Origin: Planctomycetota bacterium
GTDB taxonomy: Bacteria > Planctomycetota > Phycisphaerae > WQYP01
NCBI GenBank assembly: GCA_021804985.1
Contig: JAJZGD010000002.1
Span: 1,492 to 65,491, forward strand
Length of the DNA stretch: 64,000 nt
Reading direction: 5' to 3'
Shown here: in pieces, positions 17,434 to 27,979 of the stretch
How positions within the stretch are numbered: position 1 is the stretch's first letter
How the letters are laid out: every line of letters starts with the position of its first letter
Notes under the pieces: model-generated
Seen by the model: the letters and a program-made list of their open reading frames with translations, nothing else
What the model was told of the DNA's origin: nothing
Database searches by the model: none
Translations under genes and position numbers: made by a program

Positions 17434-18159
17434 TTATAGCCTGCCTTTCAAATTCTTGAGAATTTTTTCTTCCAGCGGGATATCCCGACCCACACGCATC
17501 CAAAAGCTGCCTGGCGTGGTGGGCGAAGCATTCTGTGAAACCAACGGAAGCGGGTTGGCGCCAAAGGAAGATGATCCGAGAAATGCGACGCCCGTTACTC
17601 CGCCTTGCGGATTCTCGCGCTGTTCCACCAATACCTCGGCGGACAAGCGATACATCCCCGCATGGCCCGGCTCGTGTGCGATGACAATGCGAACGCACCG
17701 TCGATAGGTGTTAATCGTTCCCTCTGCCAACGCGTCCAGGCTCGTTGCATCGGGTCGCCAAAACTGAAGAATCTCCGGCCCGCTGCGCGGCAGTGTCGTG
17801 ATGACGCCCAGCGCGTAATCACGCCAATCAATCCGGTATCCCATGGCCAGAAGTAATTTGATTGTCTGATGCCAGATATGCTCATAGTGCTCATCATTAA
17901 TAGTGGTCGTGCTGGCATTTTTTAAATTCATAAACCATAACTTATCGGCTTTGGCCGCTGGTGCCGCTTGCCGCGCTGCCAGGCTTGGCGCCGTGGTTGG
18001 CTGCGTAGTCGGGCGGGTGGTGACCGGCACGATACGCCGGGCCCATGGCGGCCCAATTTCGGCCGGGCGTAGTGGCACAATCGTCGTTTGACAACCCGCT
18101 GCCATAAGGGCACCGAGCGTCAGAAATAATGCCCCGCCTATGTTTGGCCATGATTTCAT
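17434..18159 (-). CDS. hypothetical lipoprotein
   Basis: Signal peptide with a lipobox (LGALMAAGC) after the start MKSWPNIG. No recognised domain. Confidence 0.5.
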   Translation of the reverse strand: MKSWPNIGGALFLTLGALMAAGCQTTIVPLRPAEIGPPWARRIVPVTTRPTTQPTTAPSLAARQAAPAAKADKLWFMNLKNASTTTINDEHYEHIWHQTIKLLLAMGYRIDWRDYALGVITTLPRSGPEILQFWRPDATSLDALAEGTINTYRRCVRIVIAHEPGHAGMYRLSAEVLVEQRENPQGGVTGVAFLGSSSFGANPLPLVSQNASPTTPGSFWMRVGRDIPLEEKILKNLKGRL

Positions 18160-18229
18160 TCTAATGCGCCTTGCAAACAACCAACCCTGCCGCCGCAACC
18201 CGGTCATCACTCGGACAGGCTCCCAGGCA

Positions 18230-18832
18230 TCACGCTTCTCCGTTCAGCTTCATCAGCCGCGGACTGATTTGCAGCATCCATTGCACACGCTCAAAATGTG
18301 TCAGCCACTCAGCCACATTGGCTAAGAGAATATCGTTTGTCCCAACGCTAAGCCCAGTGCTGCAACTGGCACCTTGCCGCGACGCGATTTTATGCCGATA
18401 GGTGGCCAGCGTGCGTTCACCAAAGCGTTCGCACTCGTAAAAATCCTCAGAGAGAAACACCAACACCGGCACACGCGGCCCACCGCAGATGGAAAGCTCA
18501 TTGGCAAGGCGCGTTCCCATATCCGTGGCCTGGGGCAAAAAATTCCTGTCCCGATGAACAAATCGCAAGTCAATGGCCGGCGAATGGGCGGCAAAAACCT
18601 GAAAAATGGGGCAGGCATTGATGCAATCTCCGCACCAGGCACCGGCGAGGCAAATGACTGCCATCTTTCGCCTGAATGACGCAAGCAAAGCCTTCTGCTC
18701 GGCCGTAAGGTGTATCGTCGCTCCAAAATGGGTCCAGCGCTGCCTCTGTTCGGCATCTGCGTAAGTATTTAGAAATTGATCGTAAGAAAGCGCCGCCTGA
18801 TAAACGGCCTTGAAGTCAAATGGCATTCGCAC
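18230..18832 (-). CDS. thioredoxin-fold protein (WCGDC active site)
   Basis: AGAWCGDC motif; about 200 aa. Confidence 0.55.
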   Translation of the reverse strand: MRMPFDFKAVYQAALSYDQFLNTYADAEQRQRWTHFGATIHLTAEQKALLASFRRKMAVICLAGAWCGDCINACPIFQVFAAHSPAIDLRFVHRDRNFLPQATDMGTRLANELSICGGPRVPVLVFLSEDFYECERFGERTLATYRHKIASRQGASCSTGLSVGTNDILLANVAEWLTHFERVQWMLQISPRLMKLNGEA

Positions 18833-18883
18833 ATCCTTATTATGATTTTTCGCCGCCTGCGGTGTTCACGCCCCGCAGGCAAC

Positions 18884-19630
18884 CTATTGTTCCCGGGAAA
18901 AACTTTGCGCCGCCCGGATCAGAGCGCCAAAAAGGCGATCCGCCGATTCGTCGTGCATCCCCTCAGGATGCCACTGCACCCCCAGAAAAAAAGGGAGCGA
19001 AGGGTCTTCCACCGCCTCAATAATACCATCGGAGGCGCGGGCGGTAATAGTCAAACCGTCTCCTATTTCATCCAAGGCTTGGCGATGGCGTGAATTCACT
19101 TGCAAAGATTCCTTCTGGAAGACTTCGGCGAGCCGACTTTTCGCAAAGATGCTTACGTTATGCCATGCATTGCGATCCGTCAGATTCGCCCGGTCGCCGG
19201 CATGGGGCACCGCATTTTGTCGATCATATTCGGGAACATATTGGATAAGGGTGCCGCCGCGCATCACGTTTATGGTCTGACACCCCAGGCATACGCCAAG
19301 CGTGGGAAGCGCGATATTTTGCGCTCCCTTTAGCAAAGCGAGATCAAAGCGCTGGCGCAGGGGGTCCATGGGTATGGTTTTGGGGTGCGGCGGCTGGCGG
19401 TACAAGGCCGGGTCCAAATCATTGCCGCCGGGGATTAAAAGTCCATCGATGACATCAAATATCCTATCGAGCGTTTCAGCCACATCGGTGGGCGCCAGTA
19501 AAAGCGGCACCCCGCCGGCGGTTTCGATCGCCTGCCGGTAAGCCACGGGCAATTCGTAATGACGCGACTGGTTGTCCAGATCGCAGGAGATGCCGATAAG
19601 CGGTCGGTTATCAGGTGGGGCTTTTAGCAC
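18884..19630 (-). CDS. class I glutamine amidotransferase-like, gamma-glutamyl-GABA hydrolase (PuuD/peptidase C26) family
   Basis: LGVCLGCQ nucleophile elbow and HPE motif (VQWHPE). Confidence 0.7.
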   Translation of the reverse strand: MLKAPPDNRPLIGISCDLDNQSRHYELPVAYRQAIETAGGVPLLLAPTDVAETLDRIFDVIDGLLIPGGNDLDPALYRQPPHPKTIPMDPLRQRFDLALLKGAQNIALPTLGVCLGCQTINVMRGGTLIQYVPEYDRQNAVPHAGDRANLTDRNAWHNVSIFAKSRLAEVFQKESLQVNSRHRQALDEIGDGLTITARASDGIIEAVEDPSLPFFLGVQWHPEGMHDESADRLFGALIRAAQSFSREQ

Positions 19631-20684
19631 GGTGCCTCAGATAAAGTGCAACAACCATCCCTTGCAGCAGCGCCCCCATTGTCAGCCATTGCGTGGACCA
19701 GAGCAACGTTTGGATCTGGTCAAGCCAATAGAGGGTATCCTTGCCCGCCACAATTTGGAAATATGAAACCAGATCCCAAATGGACAATCCCAACAACAGT
19801 ATCACGATGCCTTGCAACAAAACCGCCAGCATCAGCGACATGGAAAATTCCGCCATGTCATGATGCCGACGTGAATTTTGCAATTGGTGCGACAGGTCTT
19901 CGATGGCGGTCTTGAGTGCCGGCGTTGACAGCGCCTGATTAATTTCGCCGCGCAGGCGCTCCGCAATAGCGGATGCAATTTCTTCAGCGCTCGGCCCGTT
20001 CACCGAGGCAGGCGATACCATCTCCTGCGCCGCCGGGGCCGCTCCGGGCTCATCGATATCCGCCATGCGTTCGCTTGCGCCAACCGGCAGGGGAACCGGA
20101 TCTGCCAACGGGCTGTTTTGCTCGCGCACAATGATGCGTGCCGCATCTGCCAGTGACCGGACAACAAAATTCGGCGTGATAATCGGTTCGTTATTCCCGG
20201 CGGCCGGCGGCATTTCCGGATCACCCAGGAGGATGGTTCGGCAATGCACCGCAGCACCAGCGGCAATATCGCGAAGCATATCGCCGATCATCCAGCAGCG
20301 CGTTAAATCCAGGTCAAAATCGGCTGCGGCGGCTTTAAGCATGCCTGGCTTGGGCTTCCGCCATTCATGATCCACCTTGTATTCGGGCACCACTGCCTCC
20401 GGGTGGTAGGGGCAATAATAGCTCGCATCCACATGCGCCGCCGCTTGTTCGCGTAACTGCCGAATCATCTCCTGATTCACCGCCTCCACGGCCGCTTCGT
20501 CAAACATCCCTCTGGCCACACCGCTTTGATTGCTTGCGACGATAATGCGGTATCCGAGGCGGCGCAGCGAAGCGATAGCCGCACCCGCACCAGGCAACAA
20601 GCGTACTTTGGTGGGATCGCCAAGGTACCCATCGTTGGCGATGATGGTGTTATCTCGATCCAAAAACACCGCTTTATCAGGCAT
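19611..20684 (-). CDS. gmhB: D,D-heptose 1,7-bisphosphate phosphatase (HAD-IIIA, GmhB-like) with a C-terminal membrane-spanning extension
   Basis: FLDRDNTI HAD motif I and the WRKPKPGML motif. The C-terminal ~170 aa has no HAD homology and two hydrophobic helices. Confidence 0.7.
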   Translation of the reverse strand: MPDKAVFLDRDNTIIANDGYLGDPTKVRLLPGAGAAIASLRRLGYRIIVASNQSGVARGMFDEAAVEAVNQEMIRQLREQAAAHVDASYYCPYHPEAVVPEYKVDHEWRKPKPGMLKAAAADFDLDLTRCWMIGDMLRDIAAGAAVHCRTILLGDPEMPPAAGNNEPIITPNFVVRSLADAARIIVREQNSPLADPVPLPVGASERMADIDEPGAAPAAQEMVSPASVNGPSAEEIASAIAERLRGEINQALSTPALKTAIEDLSHQLQNSRRHHDMAEFSMSLMLAVLLQGIVILLLGLSIWDLVSYFQIVAGKDTLYWLDQIQTLLWSTQWLTMGALLQGMVVALYLRHRAKSPT

Positions 20685-20699
20685 GGGGCGCTCCCTGCG

Positions 20700-22199
20700 T
20701 CATTGTGTCGGCGACTCCAGCGATCGCGCGATCAAAGCTGTTGTGCTTCGTCCCTCCAGAAAAGGGGCGAGCACCACTCTGCCGCCATGGCGTTCCACCC
20801 ACTGCCTTCCCGCCACCGGTTTATCGGCGTAGTCTGACCCTTTTACCAGAATATCCGGTGTTACGCTCTCTATGAGATTCTCCGGCGTCGATTCGTCAAA
20901 GCTCACCACATAACTTGCCGCCTCGAGGCCGGCTAAAACCGCCATGCGATCCGCCAAAGCGTTCACCGGCCGCGTCGGGCCTTTAAGCCCCCGAACCGAC
21001 GCATCACTATTGACGCCAACGATCAGAATATCCCCTTGCCGCCGTGCGAATTCCAGGTATCCCACATGCCCCGCGTGGAGGATATCAAATACGCCATTGG
21101 TAAATACGACCCGCTGCCGGCTTTTCCGCGCCACAAGCAGCAAGCGCTTAAGTTCCGGAACCGACACGATTTTTTTATGCCGCGAGCCCATGATGCTGTT
21201 GAGCTCATCACAAATTTCCTGCCGTGTAATTGGCACGCATCCAAAACGCTCAACCTCCAGACCGCCAGCCACGTTGCCCAAATCCACCGCCATTGCCCAT
21301 GGCAAGCCATGTGCTACAGACATCGCCAACATCGCCAGCACCATGTCGCCGGCCCCCGTCACATCGTAAACCTGCCGCGGCCGCGTGGGGTGCAGCGCAC
21401 CGGCATTATTCCCTTCCTGAAGATACATTCCCTGGCGATCAAGCGTCAGAATGCACGTTCCAAATTGGTGCTCATGGATAAGCTTGCCTGCCAGCTGAGC
21501 CGGTTCGGCATTCGCGGCTTTCAGGCTCACACCGCTCGCCAGCTCGGCTTCAGTGCGATTCGGCGTGATGGCCGTGGCGCCCGCATAGCGTGAATAATCG
21601 GCAATCAACGCGGGATCAACCAGCACGATTTTTCCCATTTGCTGCGCCTTACGAATAATGAATTGACACAGCCGATGATCCAGCAATCCTTTGTTGTAAT
21701 CTTCAATGCACACGACGGGCACTCTTTGAATCAGCGGCAACAGCGCATTGCCAAACGCCTGAATAATCCCATCATCAACGGGATCCGTCACTTCATGGTC
21801 TAAGCGCAGCATCTGCTGTTGATGCCGATGCTGCGCCAAACCGATGATCCGCGTTTTGCATGCCGTGGGCCGATCCGGCGAGGAAATTATCGCTCGGCAG
21901 TCAACCCCTGCCTCTGCCAGAAGCGCACGCAATTTGTCGGCATTTTCATCGCGGCCGCACAACCCGGAGAGAATGGGTCTCGCTCCCAGGGCCGCAAGGA
22001 ATATGGCGACATTGGCCGCCCCGCCGGCCTGAATTTTTTCATCGCGCCGGCGAATCACCGGAACCGGCGCCTCCGGCGAAAGCCGTTCCGCATCGCCGAA
22101 GATGTAATGATCCAGAATCAAATCACCGACGACCAGAATTTCCGGCGAACCGAAACCTTCAAGCTGAGCGAGAATATCTGCCGCCTGCTGTGCCATCAT
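20700..22199 (-). CDS. hldE: bifunctional D-beta-D-heptose 7-phosphate kinase / heptose 1-phosphate adenylyltransferase
   Basis: N-terminal ribokinase-like domain (GAGD) plus a C-terminal cytidylyltransferase domain (VVFTNGVFDILHAGHVGYLE). Confidence 0.9.
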   Translation of the reverse strand: MMAQQAADILAQLEGFGSPEILVVGDLILDHYIFGDAERLSPEAPVPVIRRRDEKIQAGGAANVAIFLAALGARPILSGLCGRDENADKLRALLAEAGVDCRAIISSPDRPTACKTRIIGLAQHRHQQQMLRLDHEVTDPVDDGIIQAFGNALLPLIQRVPVVCIEDYNKGLLDHRLCQFIIRKAQQMGKIVLVDPALIADYSRYAGATAITPNRTEAELASGVSLKAANAEPAQLAGKLIHEHQFGTCILTLDRQGMYLQEGNNAGALHPTRPRQVYDVTGAGDMVLAMLAMSVAHGLPWAMAVDLGNVAGGLEVERFGCVPITRQEICDELNSIMGSRHKKIVSVPELKRLLLVARKSRQRVVFTNGVFDILHAGHVGYLEFARRQGDILIVGVNSDASVRGLKGPTRPVNALADRMAVLAGLEAASYVVSFDESTPENLIESVTPDILVKGSDYADKPVAGRQWVERHGGRVVLAPFLEGRSTTALIARSLESPTQ

Positions 22200-23305
22200 G
22201 TAATGCTAATCCCCGGCCTGCCTGTCTCAGCGTTGGGCGGTCCGTGCCCCGGCGACCGCTTACCGGCGCCCGTTATCACACCCCGCAACATATCGCGCCA
22301 CACGTCCAACTGCGAACCGGCGACGTAACTCTCGATTCCCACATACACCAGCGGCACCGGTGGTGTGTATCCGCCGAGCTTAACAAAATCTTTGAGCGTG
22401 GTCACCCACACATCGATCCCGCGCCGCCGCGTAAGCTCTTCCATCGCCTTAAAATCAACTTCCGGATGATAGTGGTGATGATCTCCGAACCAGCAGCCGA
22501 TAAGCGGGCGGCACCCCGCCGCCTCCAGCGTGTGCATAAAGCTTTCGGGATTTCCGATACCCGCAAAGGCCAGCGTTTTTTTATCATACAAATCCCAACG
22601 CTTCCCTTCGCCGTCCATCACGCCCGTGACCCGCGTGCGCTGCTGAAGGATATTCCTTGAGCCCACCCATTGAGATAAAAGCTCTGCGGCAACATCCGCG
22701 AGTTCCTGAGATATCTGCTCGCAACGGGTCAGCATGACATGCGTCGCGCGCGACAGACACGCCGGCGGCTCGCGCCAAGTTCCGCGTGGCAGCACGCCAG
22801 GAATACCCATGGGCCGCGTGGCGTCGACCAACACCAGATTGATCTCTCGTGCCAGTCGGCGATGTTGAAACCCATCATCAAGCAAAAGTAGATCCGCCCC
22901 AAACTCAGTCATGGCACGATTGCCACCCCGCACGCGGTCCGCATCCACAACGACGGGCACATCCGGGCACTGTCGGCGGATCACCAGCACTTCATCCGAT
23001 TCCATGCCGGATCGGGCACCATAGCCACGGGTTAAAACCGCCGGCCTCGCCCCCAGCGCGCACAACTGCCTGGCAATCATTATGACGGTCGGCGTTTTGC
23101 CGGTGCCCCCGGTCGTCATATTGCCGACCGAAATCACCGGTACGCCCAGCCGCTCAACCGGCTTTAAGCCATGATCGTAGGCAAAATTGCGAACCCCCAC
23201 GATGCTTCGGTACAGCAGGGAGGCCGCCAGCAGGCTCCCCCGCCCCACCGCGGGCAGGCCGCCCACCGATTCTCCGCTTATCAGCCGGTGGTATGCTCTT
23301 TCCAT
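22196..23305 (-). CDS. lpxK: tetraacyldisaccharide 4'-kinase
   Basis: VISVGNMTTGGTGKTP P-loop; 4-bp overlap with hldE. Confidence 0.85.
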   Translation of the reverse strand: MERAYHRLISGESVGGLPAVGRGSLLAASLLYRSIVGVRNFAYDHGLKPVERLGVPVISVGNMTTGGTGKTPTVIMIARQLCALGARPAVLTRGYGARSGMESDEVLVIRRQCPDVPVVVDADRVRGGNRAMTEFGADLLLLDDGFQHRRLAREINLVLVDATRPMGIPGVLPRGTWREPPACLSRATHVMLTRCEQISQELADVAAELLSQWVGSRNILQQRTRVTGVMDGEGKRWDLYDKKTLAFAGIGNPESFMHTLEAAGCRPLIGCWFGDHHHYHPEVDFKAMEELTRRRGIDVWVTTLKDFVKLGGYTPPVPLVYVGIESYVAGSQLDVWRDMLRGVITGAGKRSPGHGPPNAETGRPGISIT

Positions 23306-23344
23306 TTGGATTGTCCTCCCGGCGCAGCGGCCGCATTCGGCGAC

Positions 23345-26326
23345 CTAACCCTGCACCACCAGGTTGAGCATACGATTCTTGATGTATACATGTTTCTTAA
23401 TCTCACGCCCCGCAAGGCGCGAACTGATCTGGGGATCCGCTCGGGCCTGCTCAAGAATGTACGATTCCGTCGCCAGCGCACTAACCACCACGCGACCGGC
23501 AAGTTTGCCATTGACCTGAACCGGCAGGTCCATCGAATCTTCCTCGCATACGGCATCATCATATTGCGGCCACGGTTCCGCGCTGATCGACGCCAGCGCC
23601 CCATCCCCACGGATCTGATGATACACTTCCTCCGCAATATGCGGAGCGAACGGTTCAATCAGCCGCACAAATGTTAATGCCATATCCTGATCGACCGTGC
23701 GTGTTTTACCGATGAGATTGTTAAACTCCATCATCGCGCTGATGGCCGTATTAAAAGACAATCGGTCGATGTCCAGCGTAACTTTGCGAATGGTACGATG
23801 CAGTGGCCGCAGAAGTGATTGGGATTCTTGCTCAGCAATTTGCGATTCTTCAACGGACATTTTTGTGGGTCCGCGGTAATAAATGCCGTTCTTCTTATGC
23901 ACCAGGCGGGATGGAAACTCGGGCGTGCCAATGATGTGTCGCCAGAGCCGCCCCAAAAATCGATACACACCTTCCACGCCCGCCATGCTCCAGGGCTTAA
24001 CCTGCTCCAACGGGCCCATAAACATTTCAAAAAGACGCAGCGAATCCGCGCCGTAGTCCTGAATCACATCATCCGGATTGACCACGTTTCCCCGCGATTT
24101 GCTCATCTTAAAGGATCGAGCATCGAGGCGGATATTGTTGTCTGCCTTGAGCACCGCCGCATCTCCCCGCCGATCGACATATTGCGTTTCAACGGCGCGC
24201 CCATAAACCACCGCACCATCCGATCTTCGCCTGGATACCAGCAGCGATTTGCCATCCGGCCCCGCCTGCGTCGACCATTGCGGGTCAACATCGTCGATGG
24301 ATATCGCGCAACCGCTCGCATCGGCAAACCCGGTGTATTCCGACTCGCCTAAGATTAGGCCCTGATTAATCAACTTGCGAAACGGCTCGGCGCCGGAAAC
24401 ATGGCCGCGGTCATAAAGCACATGATGCCAGAAACGTGAATACAACAGATGAAGCACAGCATGTTCGGCGCCGCCGACGTAAAGGTCTACGCCAGACGGA
24501 GTGCCCATCCAATAGCGCTCGATTTGGGGATCGCAAAAATGATCTTGATTCAGCGGGTCCAGATACCGAAGGTAATACCAGCACGAGCCAGCCCACTGGG
24601 GCATCGTATTAAGCTCGCGACGGGCGCGCACGGCACCGGGCGTATCGGCTGCAACCACGCGCGCGACCGGATCTTCCGCCGCCCCCGAAAGTAGCACCAT
24701 TACATCCCGCCAGTCCGCCGCCTTCGAAAGCGGCGGATCTATGGTTTGTGTCGGTTTAAAGTCGCTCATTTCTGGCAGCAAAAGGGGTAATTGATCATCC
24801 GCCAGCGGCGCCGTCGTGCCGTCCTGCAAATGGACGAGCGGAAATGGTTCCCCCCAATACCGCTGCCGGGAGAACAGCCAATCGCGTATGCGGTAGCTAA
24901 CCTGCCGCCGACCAATTTTTTGCGCCTCCAGCAGGCGGCACATTTCAGCCTTGGCTTCGGCCGTCGGCAGGCCATTGATGGCCGGTGAATCGACCGCCAC
25001 GCCAGAGCCTTCAAACGGCAGCGGTTGTTCCGCGCCATTAGCCTTAACCACTTGACGGACAGGCAGAGCAAATTTCCGGGCAAAATCAAAATCACGCTGG
25101 TCGTGGGCCGGAACGGCCATAATCGCGCCCGTGCCGTAGCCAATCAGCACGTAATCAGAAATAAATATCGGTATGCGATCATGGCTGACAGGATTCGTCG
25201 CCATGAGGCCGGTAAACACGCCGGTCTTTTGAACATCCTCCTGGCGTTGCCGCTCTGAGCGGGCGGCTGCGATCCCCTGATAAGCGGCGATGGCAGCACG
25301 CGGAGCGCCGGCCGCTGGCGTGCCCATCCAGGCGGCCGGGGTTCCCGCCGGCCACGCCGCGGGCAGGCAGCAGGTTTTAGATGCCAGGTTCACCAGTGGA
25401 TGCTCCGGCGCAAGCACCAGATAGGTGGCACCAAAAAGCGTGTCGGGTCGAGTGGTAAATACGTCAATTGGGCCGTCGTCCGTCTGAAACTGCACCATGG
25501 CACCTTCGGATTGGCCAATCCAATTTCGCTGCATAAGTTTGAGCGATTCCGACCACTCCAGGCCGTCGAGCCCGTCCAGCAATCGGCGAGCGTAAGCGGT
25601 AATCCGCAGCATCCATTGTCGCATCGGGCGCCGCTCAACGGGAAATCCGCCGACTTCGCTGCGACCATCAATAACCTCTTCATTGGCGAGCACGGTTCCC
25701 AGCGCCGGACACCAATTCACCGGTGCCTCAAGTTGATAGGCCAGCCGATACCCTTCCAGTAGCCGACGCTTTTCGCCATCCGACATTTGGTTCCAGGCCT
25801 TGGAACCCTCCGGCATTCGCGTGCCGGCGGCAAATTCATCTATCAGTTCACTGATCGGGCGCCCCCGCTGCGCGCCGACATCGAACCAGGTGTTGTAAAG
25901 CTGCAAAAATATCCACTGCGTCCAGCGATAATACTTTGGATTGGTGGTATCCACCTCGCGAGACCAGTCATACGAAAACCCAATCGCCTGAAGTTGCTTG
26001 CGGAAACGCTCGATATTTTTTTGCGTGACCACACTTGGATGCGTATCGGTTTTGATGGCGTATTGTTCCGCAGGCAGGCCAAAAGCATCCCACCCCATCG
26101 GATGCATCACATTAAAGCCACGCGCCCGCTTGTAGCGCGCAACAATATCGGTAGCGGTGTATCCCTCGGGATGGCCGACGTGAAGCCCCTCTCCCGACGG
26201 ATAAGGGAACATATCCAAAACGTAACATTTTGGTCGGTCGACGACCATCTCAGCCTTGAATGTTCGGTTTTCAAGCCAGAAGTTTTGCCATTTCGGCTCG
26301 ATTGACGCTGGATTGTACGCCGGCAT
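23345..26326 (-). CDS. leuS: leucyl-tRNA synthetase
   Basis: HVGHPEGYTATD (HIGH) and FKMSKS (KMSKS) motifs. The likely start is MPAYNPASIEPKWQ at 26326; the track ORF extends 27 aa further. An Ala/Pro-rich low-complexity insert (..PAAWPAGTPAAWMGTPAAGAP..) is present. Confidence 0.9.
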   Translation of the reverse strand: MPAYNPASIEPKWQNFWLENRTFKAEMVVDRPKCYVLDMFPYPSGEGLHVGHPEGYTATDIVARYKRARGFNVMHPMGWDAFGLPAEQYAIKTDTHPSVVTQKNIERFRKQLQAIGFSYDWSREVDTTNPKYYRWTQWIFLQLYNTWFDVGAQRGRPISELIDEFAAGTRMPEGSKAWNQMSDGEKRRLLEGYRLAYQLEAPVNWCPALGTVLANEEVIDGRSEVGGFPVERRPMRQWMLRITAYARRLLDGLDGLEWSESLKLMQRNWIGQSEGAMVQFQTDDGPIDVFTTRPDTLFGATYLVLAPEHPLVNLASKTCCLPAAWPAGTPAAWMGTPAAGAPRAAIAAYQGIAAARSERQRQEDVQKTGVFTGLMATNPVSHDRIPIFISDYVLIGYGTGAIMAVPAHDQRDFDFARKFALPVRQVVKANGAEQPLPFEGSGVAVDSPAINGLPTAEAKAEMCRLLEAQKIGRRQVSYRIRDWLFSRQRYWGEPFPLVHLQDGTTAPLADDQLPLLLPEMSDFKPTQTIDPPLSKAADWRDVMVLLSGAAEDPVARVVAADTPGAVRARRELNTMPQWAGSCWYYLRYLDPLNQDHFCDPQIERYWMGTPSGVDLYVGGAEHAVLHLLYSRFWHHVLYDRGHVSGAEPFRKLINQGLILGESEYTGFADASGCAISIDDVDPQWSTQAGPDGKSLLVSRRRSDGAVVYGRAVETQYVDRRGDAAVLKADNNIRLDARSFKMSKSRGNVVNPDDVIQDYGADSLRLFEMFMGPLEQVKPWSMAGVEGVYRFLGRLWRHIIGTPEFPSRLVHKKNGIYYRGPTKMSVEESQIAEQESQSLLRPLHRTIRKVTLDIDRLSFNTAISAMMEFNNLIGKTRTVDQDMALTFVRLIEPFAPHIAEEVYHQIRGDGALASISAEPWPQYDDAVCEEDSMDLPVQVNGKLAGRVVVSALATESYILEQARADPQISSRLAGREIKKHVYIKNRMLNLVVQG

Positions 26327-26452
26327 GGGCCTCTGGCTCCAAAAACTGCAAACCGGCAAGATACGCTTGCCGAGCCGGTGCGACAAGCCATGAACGGCCG
26401 CTTGCAAATCCCTTGTATTTTTGTTCAGCGCGCCGCAGTGAGAAAGTCGAAT

Positions 26453-26974
26453 TTACTCGCGGCGAGCATCTGCCCGGCGGGCGGAGAAAAAATTGCGTAA
26501 CAGCTCACCGCATTCCGCTGCGTAAAGGCCGCCAGCCACCTCCGGTCGGTGATTGAGCCGAGCGTCCGAAAGAATCTGGTACAAAGTTACAGCGGCGCCC
26601 GCCTTCGGATCGGTGCATCCAAACACCACGCGCCGCAACCGACTGTTGACCATGGCACCAGCGCACATCGGGCATGGCTCAAGGGTTACGTACAAATCGC
26701 ATTCGGTGAGTTGCCAGGAATCCACCTTCCGGCCCGCTTCGCGCAGGCAAAGTATCTCCGCGTGAGCGGTCGGGTCACGGGCCATCTGACGCAGGTTATG
26801 GGCCGTTGCCACTACCACGGCCTCGCCGGCAGCCGCCCGCTGTACAATCACGGCCCCGACGGGAACTTCACCGAGGTCGAATGCGGCACGCGCCTCGGCA
26901 AGTGCCAATTCCATGAAATGGCGGTCGCTATCGCTCCACGCCAACTGACTTTCTTCGTTAATACGAACATCCAT
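26453..26974 (-). CDS. tadA: tRNA-specific adenosine deaminase
   Basis: HAE..PCPMCAGA zinc-binding CDA motifs. Confidence 0.85.
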   Translation of the reverse strand: MDVRINEESQLAWSDSDRHFMELALAEARAAFDLGEVPVGAVIVQRAAAGEAVVVATAHNLRQMARDPTAHAEILCLREAGRKVDSWQLTECDLYVTLEPCPMCAGAMVNSRLRRVVFGCTDPKAGAAVTLYQILSDARLNHRPEVAGGLYAAECGELLRNFFSARRADARRE

Positions 26975-27129
26975 ACGTTGAAGTGTACCGCAGCTTGAAA
27001 GCCGCCGCTTGCCGAAAGGGTATGTTTGATCCTAAACTAAGTGTAACGGCGGTTTGCAGGCAAAGTTGCAGAAGGCCTGCAGGCGCCCTTCGCGGTGGTT
27101 ATCCGCGTGCCCACGGAAGGAACAGAATA

Positions 27130-27894
27130 TTGAAATTCGCGTCGACGATCACCCCCGAGTATTCGCAAGTATGGATTGACTTTGACGGTACCATTTCCCA
27201 GCGAGATGTACTCGACGATCTGATATTGCGTTATGCAAAAAACGAATCATGGCGTCTCATTGAAGAACGCTGGGCAGCGGGGGTTATCGGTTCGCATGAA
27301 TGCCTGCGGCAGGAATTTGCCCTTTTGCGCGTGTCGTCGCAGGAACTCGAAGACTTCGTTCGCACCGTACCGATTGATCCCGGTTTTGCCCCGCTCGTGA
27401 AACTGCTCCACACCTTGAACGTTCCAATGGCGATCCTTAGTGACGGCATTGGGCGATTCATTAATACGATCCTCAGCCAGAACGGCATCTCCGGAGTGCC
27501 TGTTCTCGCCAATTCTCTCGTCCACCGCGGTGAGCAGCTGATACTCAAATGCCATCGGTCCGGTAAGGGCTGTGAAAGCCGCGCGGCCCACTGCAAATGT
27601 CAAAGTGCCGAGCGAATCGGCTCTCGAGATAAAACCACGATTTATATTGGCGACGGCCGCAGCGATCTATGCCCGGCAGCCAAAGCGGATGTCGTTTTTG
27701 CCAAGGGTGTTCTCGCTAAAGAATTGGCGCATCGACTGATTCCATTTATTGCCTATCGCGATCTGACCGACGTGGTAGCGGCGCTTGAAGGGGCGTGGCG
27801 GCAGACCGCGCCCACATCCGCCCATCCCCCGCTCGTGGCCCATGGACTCAAGGTCTCGGCAACGGCGGCCGATCGGCGCAGCGCAGCACGATAG
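27130..27894 (+). CDS. HAD-family phosphatase (MtnX-like, IDFDGTIS motif)
   Basis: DFDGT motif I and a later GDGRSD motif. The start is set at the TTG at 27130 with a GGAAGGAA RBS. The track ORF start at 26983 would leave no room for the divergent tadA promoter. Confidence 0.5.
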   Translation: MKFASTITPEYSQVWIDFDGTISQRDVLDDLILRYAKNESWRLIEERWAAGVIGSHECLRQEFALLRVSSQELEDFVRTVPIDPGFAPLVKLLHTLNVPMAILSDGIGRFINTILSQNGISGVPVLANSLVHRGEQLILKCHRSGKGCESRAAHCKCQSAERIGSRDKTTIYIGDGRSDLCPAAKADVVFAKGVLAKELAHRLIPFIAYRDLTDVVAALEGAWRQTAPTSAHPPLVAHGLKVSATAADRRSAAR

Positions 27895-27979
27895 CAAACT
27901 GGCCAGCGATCAGAACGGTTGGCAATTCGAGGGCCGGTCGCCAGCGCGCGGTGACGGCGGATGGCTTGGTTAATGGGGT

